NCBI GenBank assembly: GCA_027604505.1
Contig: JADIIX010000077.1
Coordinates: forward strand, 62,001-105,957
Source: Gonapodya sp. JEL0774
Taxonomy: Eukaryota
Direction: 5' to 3'
Length of the DNA: 43,957 bases
Positions within the stretch are counted from its first letter, which is position 1; each line of letters opens with the position of its first letter. The notes beneath the pieces were generated by a model, which was not told where the DNA came from, made no database searches, and worked only from the letters and a program-made list of their open reading frames with translations. Below, piece after piece: positions 1 to 12,801 of the stretch. Made by a program: the position numbers and the translations under genes.

Positions 1-329
1 AGAGAGAGGGAGGTGCTCATGGGGTGATGGAGAAGAAGGTGGAGAAGGTGGAAGGAGGCAGGGTAGTCAGGCGGAAACCTGATGTGTGGTTTGATGTGCT
101 GGCGTGATCCTCGCGTGACTTATATAATACTTTTTGCAACGATTTTGACAATAGCGATATCATATCTTCAAAACTCGCAATCAAGGCCCTGGTGATGAAT
201 GAGAATACATTTATTGTTTGCATATTGCAGTACGTTGCATTACGAATGTTTACGTTTGGAGCGGGACGGGCAGAATCGGAGTAAATTAGGTACCACATCT
301 CCGCAACTGTTACGAATTAGCGATTCACA

Positions 330-1173
330 ATGCTTACCGCCAAGATCGCTCTCTCTAGAGCTACATCTGCACGTTCCATCTCCCCTTCGCTTGCGGTGCT
401 CCCCTGTGTCAACCTGAGCGCATGTCTGCGTCGTTACGATGCGCCCCGGGTAGTTGTTCGCACCACTTCTCAAGGGACGTACGCCAACGATGTAGTAGTG
501 AGAAACAAGCACAATCTGATAGCAGATGAACCGGTGGACGTTGGGGGCCAGGAGTAAGTTGAGGTCAGTAATGCGATCCGACAAGGAAAGTGGTCTTACC
601 AATCGGATTCAATTTCATGCTTCGCTTTTCGAAAAGCATTGGACCAAATCCTTACGATCTATTGCTGTCTTCGTTGGGGGCGTGCACGAACATGTGAGAG
701 AATGGCGATACCGACGAACAATGCACATACTGTTCGATTGATTCGACTGAGGCACGACCACAAACGCCCTCTTTTGCGCTTCCTCGAATCAGCACCATCA
801 CAATGTATGCTCGACGCAAGAAAATCCCCCTCTCCGGTGTCACCACCTCCCTGAGCCATTCCAAAGTGTACCGCGCCGACTGCGAGGCTTCGCACCAAGA
901 TCCCCCTCCCGCAATACGGGTCAAAATTGATCGAATTGTGAGAGAGATAAAGCTCGAGGGCGAACTATCCGAGGAACAGAAGCAGGTGAGAATTCTTTAA
1001 TGGAGGGTCAGGGTGGGGTACACATCCCCGACTCTGGTGTCTCCATTGCTCTAAGGATGAATGACATCACCAACCGAATGTTGATCTAGGTCCTGATGAA
1101 AATCGCTGAAAAGTGCCCAGTATCAGAGACATTGAAACGCGAAAATGAGATCATCGGGAAGCTTGTCAATTAG
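330..1173 (+). CDS. OsmC/Ohr-family peroxiredoxin-like protein with a probable mitochondrial presequence; exons 330-553, 637-693, 793-985, 1090-1173
   Basis: The spliced translation gives ADEPVDVGGQDIGPNPYDLLLSSLGACTNITITMYARRKKIPL...IDRIVREIKLEGELSEEQKQVLMKIAEKCPVSETL, with both catalytic Cys motifs (GAC, KCPV) of OsmC/Ohr proteins. All three introns are GT-AG and phase-consistent. The N-terminus is Arg/Ser/Ala-rich with no acidic residues. Confidence 0.92.
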
Positions 1174-1320
1174 ACAGTCACTCACCACAGGTGGTAAATC
1201 TTGTACATATTTGAAATGAATAATTTCTCCACTTGTGTACATAGGACCTGACAGTTGGTTAGAGTTTACTGCTGCAATGGCAGACCAACCTCGCTCCACA
1301 TCTCATTCCATTGTGAAAAC

Positions 1321-2156
1321 ATGTCCAAAACTGAATCCACTTCTCCAGTGCATAATGCCTTCTCCGCCTCCTTCTTCTGGATCTTCCCTTCCCTCCTCTC
1401 GGGCATTTTCGCGGCATCGGCCTCCCTCTTTTCGAAACTCGCACTGGTAGACTCTCAATCCGTCGCTTGGGTGGGCCACGTGGTAGTGCATGCTGCGTCG
1501 AGTTTGATTGGTACAGCTGGATGTGGGCAGGGTGCAGGTGGAGTGCGTGTGGTGTTTGATGAGGTGAAGGCGTTGCTGGAGGGGATTGTGCTATGGATTG
1601 GGAAGATGGGAATTCCGTTCGTCGGACGTCCTGAAGAAGTGAGAGTCTAGGCGTGGTCGAATTGTTCATTACTCGAGTTTTTGGGCCTGACAACGCGTAC
1701 GTCCCAATCGGCTCCCCCCCCGGGAACTCCACTCGGTACGCGGGCTAGTCCGTCGTCTCCCTCCTCCGCTTCCTCTCTTTCCTGCTCGTGCTTTTTTCCA
1801 ATGTGCTCATGTGGTGGGCTTTTACTCGTGCTCTCGGTCGGGCACCGAGCTCGATGCATGCCACCGTGGTGAACTCGGCATGTAACATGGTCATGACGGT
1901 GAGCGACTCCCGCGAACATAGAGGCTCCCTATTTTGGGATTCATGAGGGTTTATCTGTTGGCTTTGTTGATAGGCCGTACTTTCCAGGCTTGTGTTTGGA
2001 GAAGCACTGTCTGGATTGTGGTTTCTTGGTGTTGGATTCATCTTGACGGGGACAGTGGTCATGATCACCAGTGAGGACAGCTCCAAGGGTCAGGCTTTGG
2101 TGCACGATGTGACGGAGGATGAACCTATTGTTGGCAGCCTTGGTGGACATAATTAA
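1321..2156 (+). CDS. TMEM42-like small multi-pass membrane protein (EamA/DMT-like); exons 1321-1638, 1749-1898, 1974-2156
   Basis: Spliced motifs SGIFAASASLFSKLA, SNVLMWWAFTRAL, SSMHATVVNSACNMVMTAVLSRLVFGEALSGLWFLGVGFILTG match the TMEM42 pattern. The two GT-AG introns are phase 0. Confidence 0.82.
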
Positions 2157-3141
2157 TTTGGGCCAGCCGAGAAGGGTCTCCGTGTTATCGCCACTCGCAT
2201 AAAATCACCAACAGCAGGTTAACACTGGGGCTCCACTTATTATGTTAAGTCGAGGCTCCTGGAGAACGTCACTTTCATGAAGGGGCCTCGCTGGAGATCT
2301 GGACAATATCTACCAGGACGAGCCGAGCGAACTCGAATATTGTCTTGTGCCCACGACTAGGGAGATTGTGGAGCAGGAAACAGAACATACTGGAAAGCAG
2401 GAAGTCGGTTTTAGGAGTGCACAGTGGACTTCGGCATTCAAGGGTCATCGGCTGCGGTAAAATTATCTCGAACCCGCATGCATGCTGAATGCATTATAGA
2501 GGATAGGTTAGGATCGTGGGTGATCCTCACGCAAACTCGAAAAATATGTGCCTCCAATTCTTAAATCTCCGGCATCAAATGCCCAACTGTGACCTGTAAA
2601 GATTTGGGTCAGATATCATGAAACGTCCTCTCAGCATGGTAAGTGAACATGTGATACGAACACACTTTTGAGATCAGCAGAGAGGATGTGGGCAGGGTCC
2701 TCTATTCACCCCACACCCGTTCCCAAACACCGCCGAGTTTGTGCCTCAATGATTCTGATATTTCGCAGCGCTTGAACCATTCTGGACACCTGCGGAAGTA
2801 AAATCTGATTCTGCAAAGCGGTGTCCCTGTCAATTTGGGATATGGACATGTACGTATATAATTTCAGGGGACAACACGGGTCCGGGGAGCAAGCCAGCTC
2901 TTCCGAGCGAGCAAGACTGTCAAGTGCATGCGTTCTGCTACGAGAATTACGCCTGAGTTTCTGTGTTTATTTCAGTAAAGGCGTCTGAATATGGAAAAGG
3001 GACGAAAATTGAGAGGCGACCCTCCGCCACACATCAATCTTTGACTCCTTCTTTATCGCCCTTTTGCTGCCACCGCATCGCTCACCCGTCAAGCCGTCTC
3101 CCGCGTCTTCTCGCCGTTCCCTTCTGCCGCGAGCTCTAACG

Positions 3142-5828
3142 ATGGCCGCTGTTGCCGCTGTTCTGCCCGCGCTCGCGCCCCCGGTTGCCGTTTCCCGTCA
3201 CTCCAGGACCTGTTCCCTGCGGTCCCCGACTCTGGAACTGCCGCTGGTTTCCTTCCCCCACCCCCCGCCATCGCCCCCTCTCGACGAAGAAGACGCAATT
3301 CCTATGGCTACAGAACCCGCGCCGGCACCGCAAACCGACCTGGTCATGGTGTCACGGGACAGCCCAACCTCGGAGCGGCCTGACCAAGAAATCAAACACT
3401 ATCGCCCCATCTCCCCGCTTCCAACTCCCCCTGCATCCCCTCAAATATCCCAGGTAACTCCAATTCCTCCGATGGTCGCGTTTCTGCGGGCAGAGGCCGA
3501 TTCAGCGGACAAGGCATCAATGAGGCGGATTGACTCAGGAGTTTCAGTAGAGGCTGACAAAGCCGCAAAAGTAGCCGCTGATGCTCGCTCAGAGTCAGAA
3601 AGCTCAACTCTCACCAGCGGAAAGTCGCTGGAAGAGTTTAACTGGACCGTAGCGACCGCCCAAGGTGAGGAAGACTATGCACCTGGACCTCGCTATCAGA
3701 ATTTTCCCGTCATGGTGTAGCTGGACGCCTGTATAGTACTTCGGATAGCAATGCGGAAGATGCTCTGTGCGCCTGATGGCGTCATTTAGCCAAATGGTCT
3801 ATTCTCCTCGACGTTTTGGGGCCATGTTTGCAAACACCTCTTGCCCCACCTCTGGAACCAGGATTCGTCGTCCGAAGGAAAAACATATCGTCAGGAGGTG
3901 GCTGGAAATTCCTTTAATGTGGCTTGATATCCTGCTATTGCTGATGTGGTTTGCTTGAGAATCAATCCCTGGAGTTCGGGTTGTTCTCCCGTTGTTATAG
4001 TTTTTGTGCTTGGGACGGATGGTACTCTGTACCACGCACCTCACGCTGCCCTTTTGTACACTACCTAGGTTACCGCTTGATGCCTTCAACGTCCATCTTT
4101 GCATCATCTCCATACTACGCCAAAGCTCTTCACGAACACTTTGAAGACTTCCACTGGCCCAACCTCTCCAAGCCTATCCACACCCCAGTTCCAGGTTCGG
4201 ATGCCGCACTCGCACAACAGGCTGCTGGCACCGAATCACAGGCAAAGACAACACGCAGCGCCAGCCCGAGAATTGATGGATCCGGTGTCCTGTCGAATCT
4301 CGTTGGGCTTCTCCGCAATGGGAAGTCCAAGGTTTCTAACTCCGCTTCCGGACGTCCATCAACTCCTCCTATCGCTCCCACCACCGCTACCACCGCACCA
4401 GCCCTTGAAACGTCCTCCCGCATCTCAACTGACTCTGATGCTGACACCACATCTGTTTCCTCCTCCTCCCCTGCCATCACATCCTCCAATCGTACTAACT
4501 CCCACACATCCGTGCACCCGTTCACCGGTCTACCGTACACTGTTTTTGTCCTTGCAGATGGCCACGGGGGACATGGTGCCGCGGCGACTCTCGTGCCTCG
4601 CATGAAGGACGAGATCAGTCGCTTGGTGGAGTCACGGGTATGGGACTTCTCCGCCCAGGCTGATTCCGGGGACCTCTCCACGGCATCGTGTGGACGCTCA
4701 GCCTTCCGTCGGCTTGTCGAGGAGATTTTTGAGCGCCTAGACGACGAATACTGTGCTGGAAAAGTCGCTGAGTTTACCGCCTACAAAGCCGCTTTGGCTG
4801 CTCACCAACTGGCGACACAGCAGGTTCGAGAAACTCCTTATACTTCTCGTGCACAAACGGCCCGCGCGGGCGCCGCGAACCAACGTGACCTTCCCGTCGC
4901 ACCAAAAAAGCCCGCGGACGATGGATGCACAATGGTTGTCAACGTCATTTCGGACGGTTGGCTGGTCAATGCGAACCTCGGCGACTCGCGAACGGTTCTC
5001 GCGCGCCGGCGGTATCGCGTTTCGACCCCTGCTTCCGACGTTCCGGCTTTCTCGGTATGCTTTGCCAGCGTTGACCATTCTCCTACGCACCCTCCCTCGG
5101 TTCACCACGTTGTTGAGAACGGTGGCATTTTCATTTCGGAGAATGGCACTCCCCGCCGATTCACCCCTCCTCCTCTTGTATCTTCGGACACTCGGAAGCC
5201 GAGCGCCGCACACCGGGAACGATATTCGGTCTTGGCAGGCTCTCGCGTTTACCGAACGCTTAACGACGAGATGCGGGAAGGTGGTGTGTCCAACCTCAAG
5301 ACTCTGAATCTTTTGGGCAGTCTCGGTGATGTCGGGTTCAAAGTTGGCGGACGCGGAAAGGTCATTAGGTCGAGACCCGACGTGTCTTTTGCTCCACTGC
5401 GAGCAGGTTTGAAGAACGATGAACCGGAGAAGGTCGAACAGGAACCCCAACACAGCGGATCGGAAGATGAAGAGGAGGAGCAGGAGGAATTACCCCCAGT
5501 TCGTGTGTTTGAAGAAGTGGAACCGGAGGGAACTGGCCCGATTGTGGACGAGTACATGTACATCTCGTGCACGGACGGCGTATGGGACCACCTGCGCTGT
5601 CAATCTTCTGATGAAGCCCAATGCGATGGTGTTGTCGCCCTCGCTGGATCGCGGATTGGTGCAATGATCTCCAGCTCCGCATCTGAAGAGCGGGACGAGA
5701 TGTCGGAGATGGAGCAGGTTGCGATGATGTTGGCGGACCGTGATAGGACCCGGGAGCTGTATGTACCTGGAGTGCCGAGAGTGGATGATGTGACAGTGGT
5801 TCTTGCGATCGGGAGATTTGTACAGTGA
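3142..5828 (+). CDS. PP2C/PPM-family Ser/Thr phosphatase with a long Pro/Ser-rich N-terminus; exon structure between about 3715 and 4068 unresolved
   Basis: The large ORF contains the PP2C motifs in order: FEDFH, VLADGHGGHGAA, GCTMVV, ANLGDSR, DHSP, GSLGD, CTDGVWDHL, DDVTVV. The upstream Pro-rich ORF (ATG 3142) is probably exon 1. Confidence 0.88.
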
Positions 5829-6110
5829 ACTGCAAGAGTTTTGTGGCTGACCATGCGGGACAGTGCGGTTGATGGAACTTTCGTACGGATTTGTCCTTGC
5901 CTCTTGGTGGAACAAGTGAGATGTTGTTGAGGCGAGAGAGCTCCTTACCTTTTCATATTCCCCAGGCACTTTGGCTTGGATGGGGCAATTTGACGTTCAC
6001 TCAGCGATTTGGGCTGATAACCAGTTTGTAGCGGGTCGATCCACAGTGTTACGCAGTCGACCGAACGCACTCATGACGGACACTTTGATACTTTGAATAC
6101 TTTTACAGAA

Positions 6111-6160
6111 GGGTCAAATATACGTGACGACAGCCGTTGGCTACGTCGTCGGGTCAAATA
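6111..6160. repeat. 10-bp direct repeat (GGGTCAAATA x2) flanking a 30-bp segment that contains an inverted repeat
   Basis: GGGTCAAATA occurs at 6111-6120 and 6151-6160. The interior contains GACGAC-AGCC-GTT-GGCT-AC-GTCGTC. Confidence 0.6.
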
Positions 6161-6661
6161 GCGATGATTACTACCACTTTTCGTCATGTACTCGGTGGAA
6201 CAATGAAATTTATTTGCATTCAATGTTTCATGTATTAATGGTCAAAAATTGTCCTCTTATTGTCGAGTGCAGTATTCCCTAATAAAACATAGCTTTAAAG
6301 TCAACGGTGCTGGTCGACAGATGTTGGCAATAACAATGAAGCGTTGGTGTGGTTGTCGTGCAGGAATACGACAGATATATGTACATTACTTTTCAAGGGG
6401 TCCAGCAACTATGAAACTGTTGTCTGTCCGGTTGCTTAATCTCGCTCGAGAACTCTGACGGGGTCGCTTGAATGTATTTTCCGACTTTACCAAACCTTTG
6501 TCATCAGCCGATATCGAGCTCATCGAGCATAAAAGCAGTCCCCGTGTGGTTAACATCTACAAGTGCACATCAGTTTGATGCAGAGCGCTCTTCATCGAAT
6601 CTCACATCTCTCGTCGATCTTAAGCCACTCGCGACTGGCATCATCACTAGCTGCTGCAACC

Positions 6662-7726
6662 ATGGCTCCCAAATTCGAAGTTCGTAAAAGTGAAGATCGC
6701 GGCCACGCCGATCACGGTTGGTTGGACAGCTATCACGTAAGTGAGTCGGCAGTTTGTGTCTCTCTGGGATGGAGGGCACTTGCAGTTCTGGAAAGTGTAA
6801 CTAGCTTTTAATCACCCCAATTCTCATATGCTTTCTCGCGTAATGTAGACCTTTTCCTTCGCCGATTACTACCACCCCAAATTCAACAGCTTTGGTAGCC
6901 TTCGTGTGTTGAATGAAGACAGAGTCGAAGTTGGAGAGGGATTCCCGACGCATCGTCACACGTGGGTCAAAGTTTTACGTAACCCCTGTCATCCTTCACA
7001 AAACCAATCTTTACACCTCCACCGTCATTTTTTGTAGTGAATTTGAAATTTTTTCTTACGTAGTGAGTGGAAGTTTGAGACACAAGGATTCGGCAGGGAA
7101 CGACGAGATCATCAAACGGGGAGAAGTCCAGTTCACCACAGCCGGCACTGGGATATCCCACAGGTAACCAAAATGACATCTCATCTTTCTGCTGGCTCGG
7201 ATTAATCTCATTTTTCGCAACTAGCGAGTACAATGCATCGGAGAAGGAACCGGTGCACTTCCTTCAAATCTGGAACAAGCCCGACACAACACGCGTTCCT
7301 CCTTCCTACCAAACAGGACATTATCCTGACGCGTGCAAGAAAAATCGATTCGCTCTCCTCATCGCTCCAGGCCGCATCCGCGACTCAATGCCTCCACCAA
7401 CTGATGGTGCACACAAGCCGCTCGCCATCAACAGCGACTTCTACATGAGCGCAGGCTTGTTCGACCCCGGCACAGAAGTGGTTTACACTACGCCCGCACC
7501 AGAATCCGAATCTTCCGCCTCCCCCCGCCGCCTCTACCTCCACCTTGTCAACAACAATCCCAAAGCCCGTGTTGCAATCTCTAGCGACGGTTCCGCAATA
7601 AGCGGTGTTGAGTTGAAGCAGGGTGATGGATGTTTCGTACGAGAGTTTGAGGGAGCTAAGAACGGGTTGAAGGTCAGCAATGTGGGAGATGGAGTCGCAG
7701 AACTGGTGCTGATGGATTTGGCCTGA
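6662..7726 (+). CDS. Pirin-family (YhhW/quercetinase-like) cupin protein; exons 6662-6736, 6849-6961, 7038-7163, 7225-7726
   Basis: Spliced translation: RGHADHGWLDSYHTFSFADYYHPKFNSFGSLRVLNEDRV...GFPTHRHTEFEIFSYVVSG.L.HKDSAGN...VQFTTAGTGISHSEYN...HFLQIW. The metal-binding HxH and HxE residues are present and the introns are phase-consistent. Confidence 0.95.
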
Positions 7727-8813
7727 ATATGCAAATTTCTGGAAAGCGAGGCATGGCGGTTCTATGCTCTCTAGTATTGTTTCGCTATTCCTTAGCTGTA
7801 ATAATCCGAATTTCATAAGGTCTTTTTTTGATTGACTAGCGACATCCATTGGTTCCCAGAAGCTCATCTCACCCGATTATACGAATTCGGAACAAGCAAA
7901 TCCATTTACTTGATTGCATTTGATTACCAACCCTACAGCGATGGATCACGTGAGCAAGGGTTTTCTGTGTTCCCTCCCGTTCTTTTGTGTTGGTACATAT
8001 ACTAAAAATCGTCCAACTATTTCGGATTCTTTCTTCAAAATAGAATTGCCATTTTCCCTCGAACGAGTTGGTGCTCAGAGTCTGACACATAATTATTTTT
8101 TCTTGACGGCATACGATTTGGGTATTCCGCCGTGCACATGTGTAAATTATTCTCATGAAGGATTTTGGTAGCTGTATTCTTTAGCTCCTTTTCCTTCAAG
8201 ATGAAATCAACGTCAAGCGAGTTGATCCGCACTTTTGTGTGTCTTGTTGTTTAATTTGCACTGGCTGCCTGGTTTCGCGAGGGATCGGTGTTTGTGCCAT
8301 CTCTGCCAATCACGGCAACGCGTTTCCAAGTAGCAGATGGGATCTTGATATCCGAATGCGGATCAGACATGATGTATGTATTGTAGGAATCAACACAGAA
8401 GGGGATGACATTATTGTTGCTGTCAGCTGATTCGGAAGCCAACTAACCGCCATAGATCACGCAAATTTCTCCGATGGATGGACATCCGGCACAAAGGACA
8501 TTCAGTGAATTTCTGTGAATTTCTGCTAATGTACATGAAACAGATGAATTTGAATTGAGATTCCCTTCAAACCAGGCTTGCCCTTTCACGTGACCAGGTT
8601 ATTCCAAATCCGCAACAAAACACACAAAGCTAAAAAGCCCTAACAAGGCTGCAAGTAGAGAGACCCGAACTGAAAACTCTTGAATCTGACGGGAGAGCGT
8701 GTCCGGGTGTGCTTACAGGTCAGGCGGCGCCGCGGGCGCGCCGCCGAGGGGGGAGCAGGCCAAGAGGCGCTCGCCTCGGACAAGAACGAGCCCATCATTG
8801 GGGTGGGGGGCAG

Positions 8814-8823
8814 NNNNNNNNNN
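8814..8823. other. Assembly gap (10 N), with suspect homopolymers (C26/A20 at 8887-8932) nearby
   Basis: The N run is directly visible, with GC-rich and homopolymeric flanks. Confidence 0.97.
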
Positions 8824-8891
8824 GCTGCAAGTACATCCCCCCCAACTTAAAACTTTTTATACTTCGGGTGCTGGGGGTCGGGGTTTCCCCC

Positions 8892-8922
<31 letters not shown>

Positions 8923-9257
8923 AAAAAAAAAACAACAACAATAGTTCTGTCGGGGAACCAGATGTGAAACGGATCTGAATTATTATCGCTGCAAAGTAGA
9001 TTGACCAAAGAAATTGAAAGCACTTAGAAGAGAAGAAGGAATGCGAAGAGATGGGGCGCAAGAGGCACAGGACTTGTGTGAAGGGGAGTGGTGGAAGATT
9101 ATTCGTGTGGACGTGCAAAAGGAAAATGTTGATGTTCACCCCTCGAGATGCTTGTCGGCGGAACCTGTACCGGAAACTCATAGTTGCTCCTTTATCAAAT
9201 GCTGAAGATGCTGATGACCTCTCCCAGCCCCAACGCTGATCTTTTGGTTTCCACTAT

Positions 9258-12200
9258 TCAAAACGCGTGCCGACCACTCGCGACACCTGTGGTCCTGGCC
9301 TCCTTGTGGCTTTCTTCCCTTCCCACAAACCCTTTCAAGAGCGCCCATCTCACCGCCAACATGAATCCTCTGATCGTCTTGGTAGCAATCCACCACCCCC
9401 ACGGCACATCCAGCACTTCTTTTCCCAAAAGTTTGCACGCCAACCTGTCGAGACTCTCCCCGATTGTGGCCGGCTCGTGACCGGACTTGCTACGAAACTC
9501 GCCGCGATCCATCTCTGCGGCCTCCCAGTATTCCCTCTCCAGCGCCGCTTGCTCCTCCATCGCCCCAAAATCTGCATGAGCAAGGGGGTGCTGCATTGCT
9601 ACCATATCTGCTGCCGAAGGAACACGCACAGGACCGGGCAAAGTGTAAGAGGTAGTGGGCACCACCATGGGTCCTCGAGATCCAGACACGTGCCCCGTGG
9701 GAAGCAAAGTCGGAGACCTGGAAGCATACGAGGACGGCGCAAATACAGGCGGAGATACCACTACCGACCGGCGGCCAGGTGATGGACCGGGGAGGGACAT
9801 TTGACGGCGTGGGCCTCTCTGCTCTCTACCAATGCCGGTACTTGGTGAAGTGGGCGGCAAAACCTTGGTACCAGGTGCAGCCATCGTGGCTGATCTGAAC
9901 ATCATTTGCGGATCCGAGGAAGAATTGCCACCAGACCTCACCCTCCTATTACCGCAGCTGCCGCCCATGATTCCATCTTCGCCCTTCTTGAGAGGTTCTA
10001 CTCTACCTTTGGACCCTCTGCTGTCCCTGGAGGTTGCCAGTTCGTCTGGTGATTCCTCTCCATCAGCGTCGCTAACACAATAAGTGTCGGAGAGTACGAC
10101 AGCTGCAGCAGCGGCGGCGGCGGCGGCGGCAGCTGACCGTGTTAAGCCAACCGTTCTGATACCTCCTCCAGGAGAATCCTTCCCCATATTTCCTTCTTCT
10201 CCACTCCAACCCACCGGGCTTTTGGTGGTGGTGTCCAACAACTCCTGGTTGTCGTCGAGCTCAGTGATTCTTGCGGCTGGTAATTCTCTGAGTAACACCA
10301 TATGTGGAGCGACATGTGTCTTGCCGTCGTGAGCACTACTCATGGAAGCGGTGGAAGAGCGGCGCACATTGCCAATTCTCGTCTGATTGTTCTGCTGCTG
10401 GGAAGGAACGGCTGTCGTTTGTCTCGGCACCTCAAGACTTGACCGGGAACGCTTGGGCGAATGAGGGTTCACTTGTGTCCCATATTGTACATCGGGTTCT
10501 GGCGCGGCTGTCACCAAACCCCCCGTGGACATGAAAACCTGCCCGGTAGATCTTATACGCCGCGGTACAGACGCCGCTGAAGTCGCCGCAGTGGCGGCAG
10601 CAGCAATAGCGGCAGTTGACCCGTTACTAGACGTGGATCCCATCTTCTTCACCCCGTTTGATTTGAGGGGCACTGCGACAGGTACAGGTGGTACTCCTGA
10701 AAAAGCGCGGGATCGACCGGCACTGCCGGTACCTTGGGGAGACGTACTGGATACTGAGCGCGATTGATTCATGATCCCAGACCCACTGAAAGGTCCTAAG
10801 CCGAAGTCTGATGGGACCCGAGTTGCCGGCGGGAGCCGCGTGCCATTTCCGGTTCCAGTGCGAGTACTGTTCATCGACGCGCCTGCCCAGGAATCGTGTG
10901 CGGAGACAAATGACGCAGTAGATGCTGACGTTGAAGAAGCAAACGAGGTCGCACGAGGAGGGGATGAGAGGATGCGGTGCGACTGAGATTGTGGCGTGGC
11001 AGTGGGCAGAGGGAACCCGTAATCTTTGGCGCTTTTTCTCCGCTTCTTAAATCCCTGCAGTTGCCCCTGATCACCAGAGTGTTTTCGAGGGATGAACACT
11101 CCCGGTGCCTCCAATACCACAACTTTCCCAGATTTCAGAGATTCGTCGGCACAACTGGCCACCCATCGTGTCCACAATGTTAATTCCCTGCGCGCGTATG
11201 GATGGATGATGCGGTTGTACAAAGGGAGAATGAGGAGTAGTATAAGCGGGGACGAGAGATAGAGTATAAATGTGATAAAGGCGTCAAGTATGGGGAGGAA
11301 CGGGTGGCGAACCCGCGAGCGAGGGGGTAGGGATGCGGACTGAACGGGGGACATCGGTGACGTTGGAGCGCTGGTAAATGTAGGCAGAGGCCCTGGGGAT
11401 GAGGCTAGGGAAGTGGGTGGCGACGTGGGCGGTGACCCGAGGGAGAAAACGGATCCCAGTGCTTGATCGTGACCATGAGCGGACTGATAGTCAAGTGACC
11501 TTTTGGGCAGCGGAGTATGTTCACCAGGCGCTGACTCAGACTTGAGCGTGTGAGACTGTGGCGATCTTGGTTTCGAATCCCGCAGCGGCGTTGTCTTAAT
11601 GGGACCCGACGCGTCTGCAGTGGATCGCGATATGGGTACGCTCGGCTGAGACCACGTGGGAGAAGGCGGATTGGACGTTGAAGTTGAGGAAGAGGTGGTT
11701 GGAGGGTGCTAGCCAGGTATGTAACGATTTTTGGCGGATCAACAGTGGAGCAAGAGAAGAGACGAAAGGTAACCCGCAACCCCTGAGATCTGTTTCCGTC
11801 GCAATGGTCTCGTCAGCCTTCCCTTTTCAATCATTAATGTCTTTAGATCAACAAGCGAGGTGGTCCAACACCGCCGAGAAACCGTTGAGGGATACTTCCC
11901 AATCGTCCCCTGCCAACAACTTCAATCGTGTAACCATTCCGCCAGCTCACCTCGCCTATAACAATCTCTTTGCCTTGTTTTCTCCCCTTCCCTTCATCGG
12001 CGGCAGTCTCATCACTCCCCGCTCCATCTCTATCCTCCACGTCCACATCTGCAAAACCAAACAATCTCCTACTTGGGGTCAGACCGGGACTGGAAGCCGG
12101 GGATGCTCGTGAAGGGGATTGAGAAAAGGAAGGAGCCAGGCTACGGTTTGGGGTGGACGACTCCCAGGAAGGTGTACCACGGACCGACGTACGTGGGGGG

Positions 12201-12801
12201 GTGTATGTTGGTGTGGTGGAGCGCGATGGAGTTGCGTCCGACGGCCTGCGGAGAGGTGTGGCTGGGAATATTGTTGAGGGATGAGAAGGACAATCCAGCA
12301 TTTTTAAGGTCCCAAGTTCAACGCGACAAAGACTTTCGATCCTGCAATCCCCGACTGCTTCAAAAATCGTGTGCACTGCTCCCCACGGTCCTGAAATTCA
12401 ATCTAGAGCCGAAAGACCTGATCCAGGCAAGCTCGGGGAATTTTTCGGCAACAGTCTGAATCAAGGAGATCTTCCCGGTACCCAGATGGTGTTTGCTAAG
12501 CGAGTCACCGCTTATTCCGAGTCTTCACCACGTACGTAACTCCACCTGTCACAGGTATTGGCGGCAGGACACAACTTCCTGACCACCGACGGCGCGATTG
12601 ATTGAACACTGTTCATCCCCTTTGGTGACTCTCCATTCTTCCAGCATATACATACATACCTAAGATATGCGGTGGCGTGTGTGGCAGCATGATGACCGGT
12701 GGGGAGGGGGTCCTTGAAGGAGCGAGCGGTGGAAGACATGTGCGGAAGTCTGAGGTTGGTAATGGGTGGTGAGGGTTTGGGTTACCGGAGCGCTCGTCCA
12801 T
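9258..12801 (-). CDS. Uncharacterised Ser/Pro-rich, largely disordered protein with one hydrophobic segment; large terminal exon 11708-9258, upstream exons only partly resolved (first exon probably from ATG 12801)
   Basis: The 698-aa ORF extends in frame upstream to a CTAG acceptor at 11709. Upstream ORF pieces have GTATGT/GTACGT donors. There is a TM-like stretch ILDAFITFILYLSSPLILLLILPLY and a poly-Ala tract encoded at about 10101-10135. No family recognised. Confidence 0.65.

Noticed and set aside
1..20. Possible minus-strand gene start (ATG at 20-18, MSTSLS) after a pyrimidine-rich leader, divergent from OsmC
   Set aside because: Only six codons lie inside the window, so it cannot be supported.
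330..1173. Selenoprotein possibility (some early-diverging fungi use Sec)
   Set aside because: Both OsmC redox sites are Cys codons, and none of the spliced gene models needs an in-frame TGA.
8699..8978. ORFs with poly-Pro/poly-Lys around the gap
   Set aside because: They derive from C and A homopolymers next to an N gap and are probably assembly artefacts.
11565..11590. tRNA T-loop-like GGTTTCGAATCCC
   Set aside because: No cloverleaf can be formed and it lies within a coding exon on the opposite strand.
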